Below are positions 63,435 through 64,000 of a stretch of DNA of 64,000 bases, piece after piece. Source of the stretch: Octopus bimaculoides (taxonomy: Eukaryota); assembly GCF_001194135.2 (NCBI RefSeq), contig NC_068998.1:15140796-15204795 (forward strand), in the 5' to 3' direction. Under the pieces are notes generated by a model. It saw only the letters and a program-made list of their open reading frames with translations. It searched no databases and was not told the DNA's origin. Position 1 is the stretch's first letter; every line of letters starts with the position of its first letter. A program made the position numbers and the translations under genes.

Positions 63435-64000
63435 TTGCATAGTGTTAATGGAAAGAAAGTATAAATTTTAAAAATACAAATTTAAAAATGTATAAAAGGT
63501 TGAAGAAATTTGACAACAAAAAATGAAATTACCATACATAGTTAAGAATACATACATACACACAAACACACGCACAATCACATATACACATACACCCATA
63601 TACACATATACACATATACACATACGTACACATTATGAATGAAAGTAGTCTCAGAACTACGTAATATTTTACAAGGTCATGACAGCAGAGATTAAATGTT
63701 AAAAGACCAGTAAAGCTATTAGTTTATCAGTAAATGTTAAATAGTTATAGCTTAAAATAAAAGCAATAAACTTGGAATAATTTTCCAAACAAAATAAAAT
63801 ACAAAATTCAATAATGAATATCAAATAGTTTTGTCTTTTATTTGTTTTTGTTATATCATTTTTTATTTTATTTTTCAATCTTATTTTATCAAAGAGAACG
63901 AGATTGGTACTTCAAATTTCAAATAAATTAAGAACACTTAATATCATTTATGATATTAAGAACGTACTATAAAAGATATATATACATATATATATATATA

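Overview
AT-rich, repeat-saturated animal genomic DNA from a gapped draft scaffold (20 N-runs, about 6.3 kb, nearly all flanked by microsatellites). The SINE and microsatellite content resembles an octopus/coleoid cephalopod genome; that assignment is inferred from recalled repeat families and was not verified. I found no intact host protein-coding gene, rRNA, tRNA gene or CRISPR array, and most long ORFs in the track are artefacts of N-runs or simple repeats. The window holds decayed retroelements: four R4/Dong-like non-LTR fragments, RTE, L1/Tx1 and CR1-like fragments, two Penelope-like GIY-YIG fragments, many tRNA-derived SINEs of several families, and mariner-type MITEs. Three patterns stand out. 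(1) Four hammerhead-ribozyme-like motifs lie in Penelope- or retrozyme-like contexts; two are in units of about 350 bp, and the one at 37926-37980 has an intact catalytic core. (2) (TAA)n-tailed elements have repeatedly inserted tail-to-tail into the (ATT)n tails of one SINE family. (3) A pre-miRNA-like hairpin lies in unique sequence at 62657-62726. Repeat boundaries were placed by eye and are approximate.
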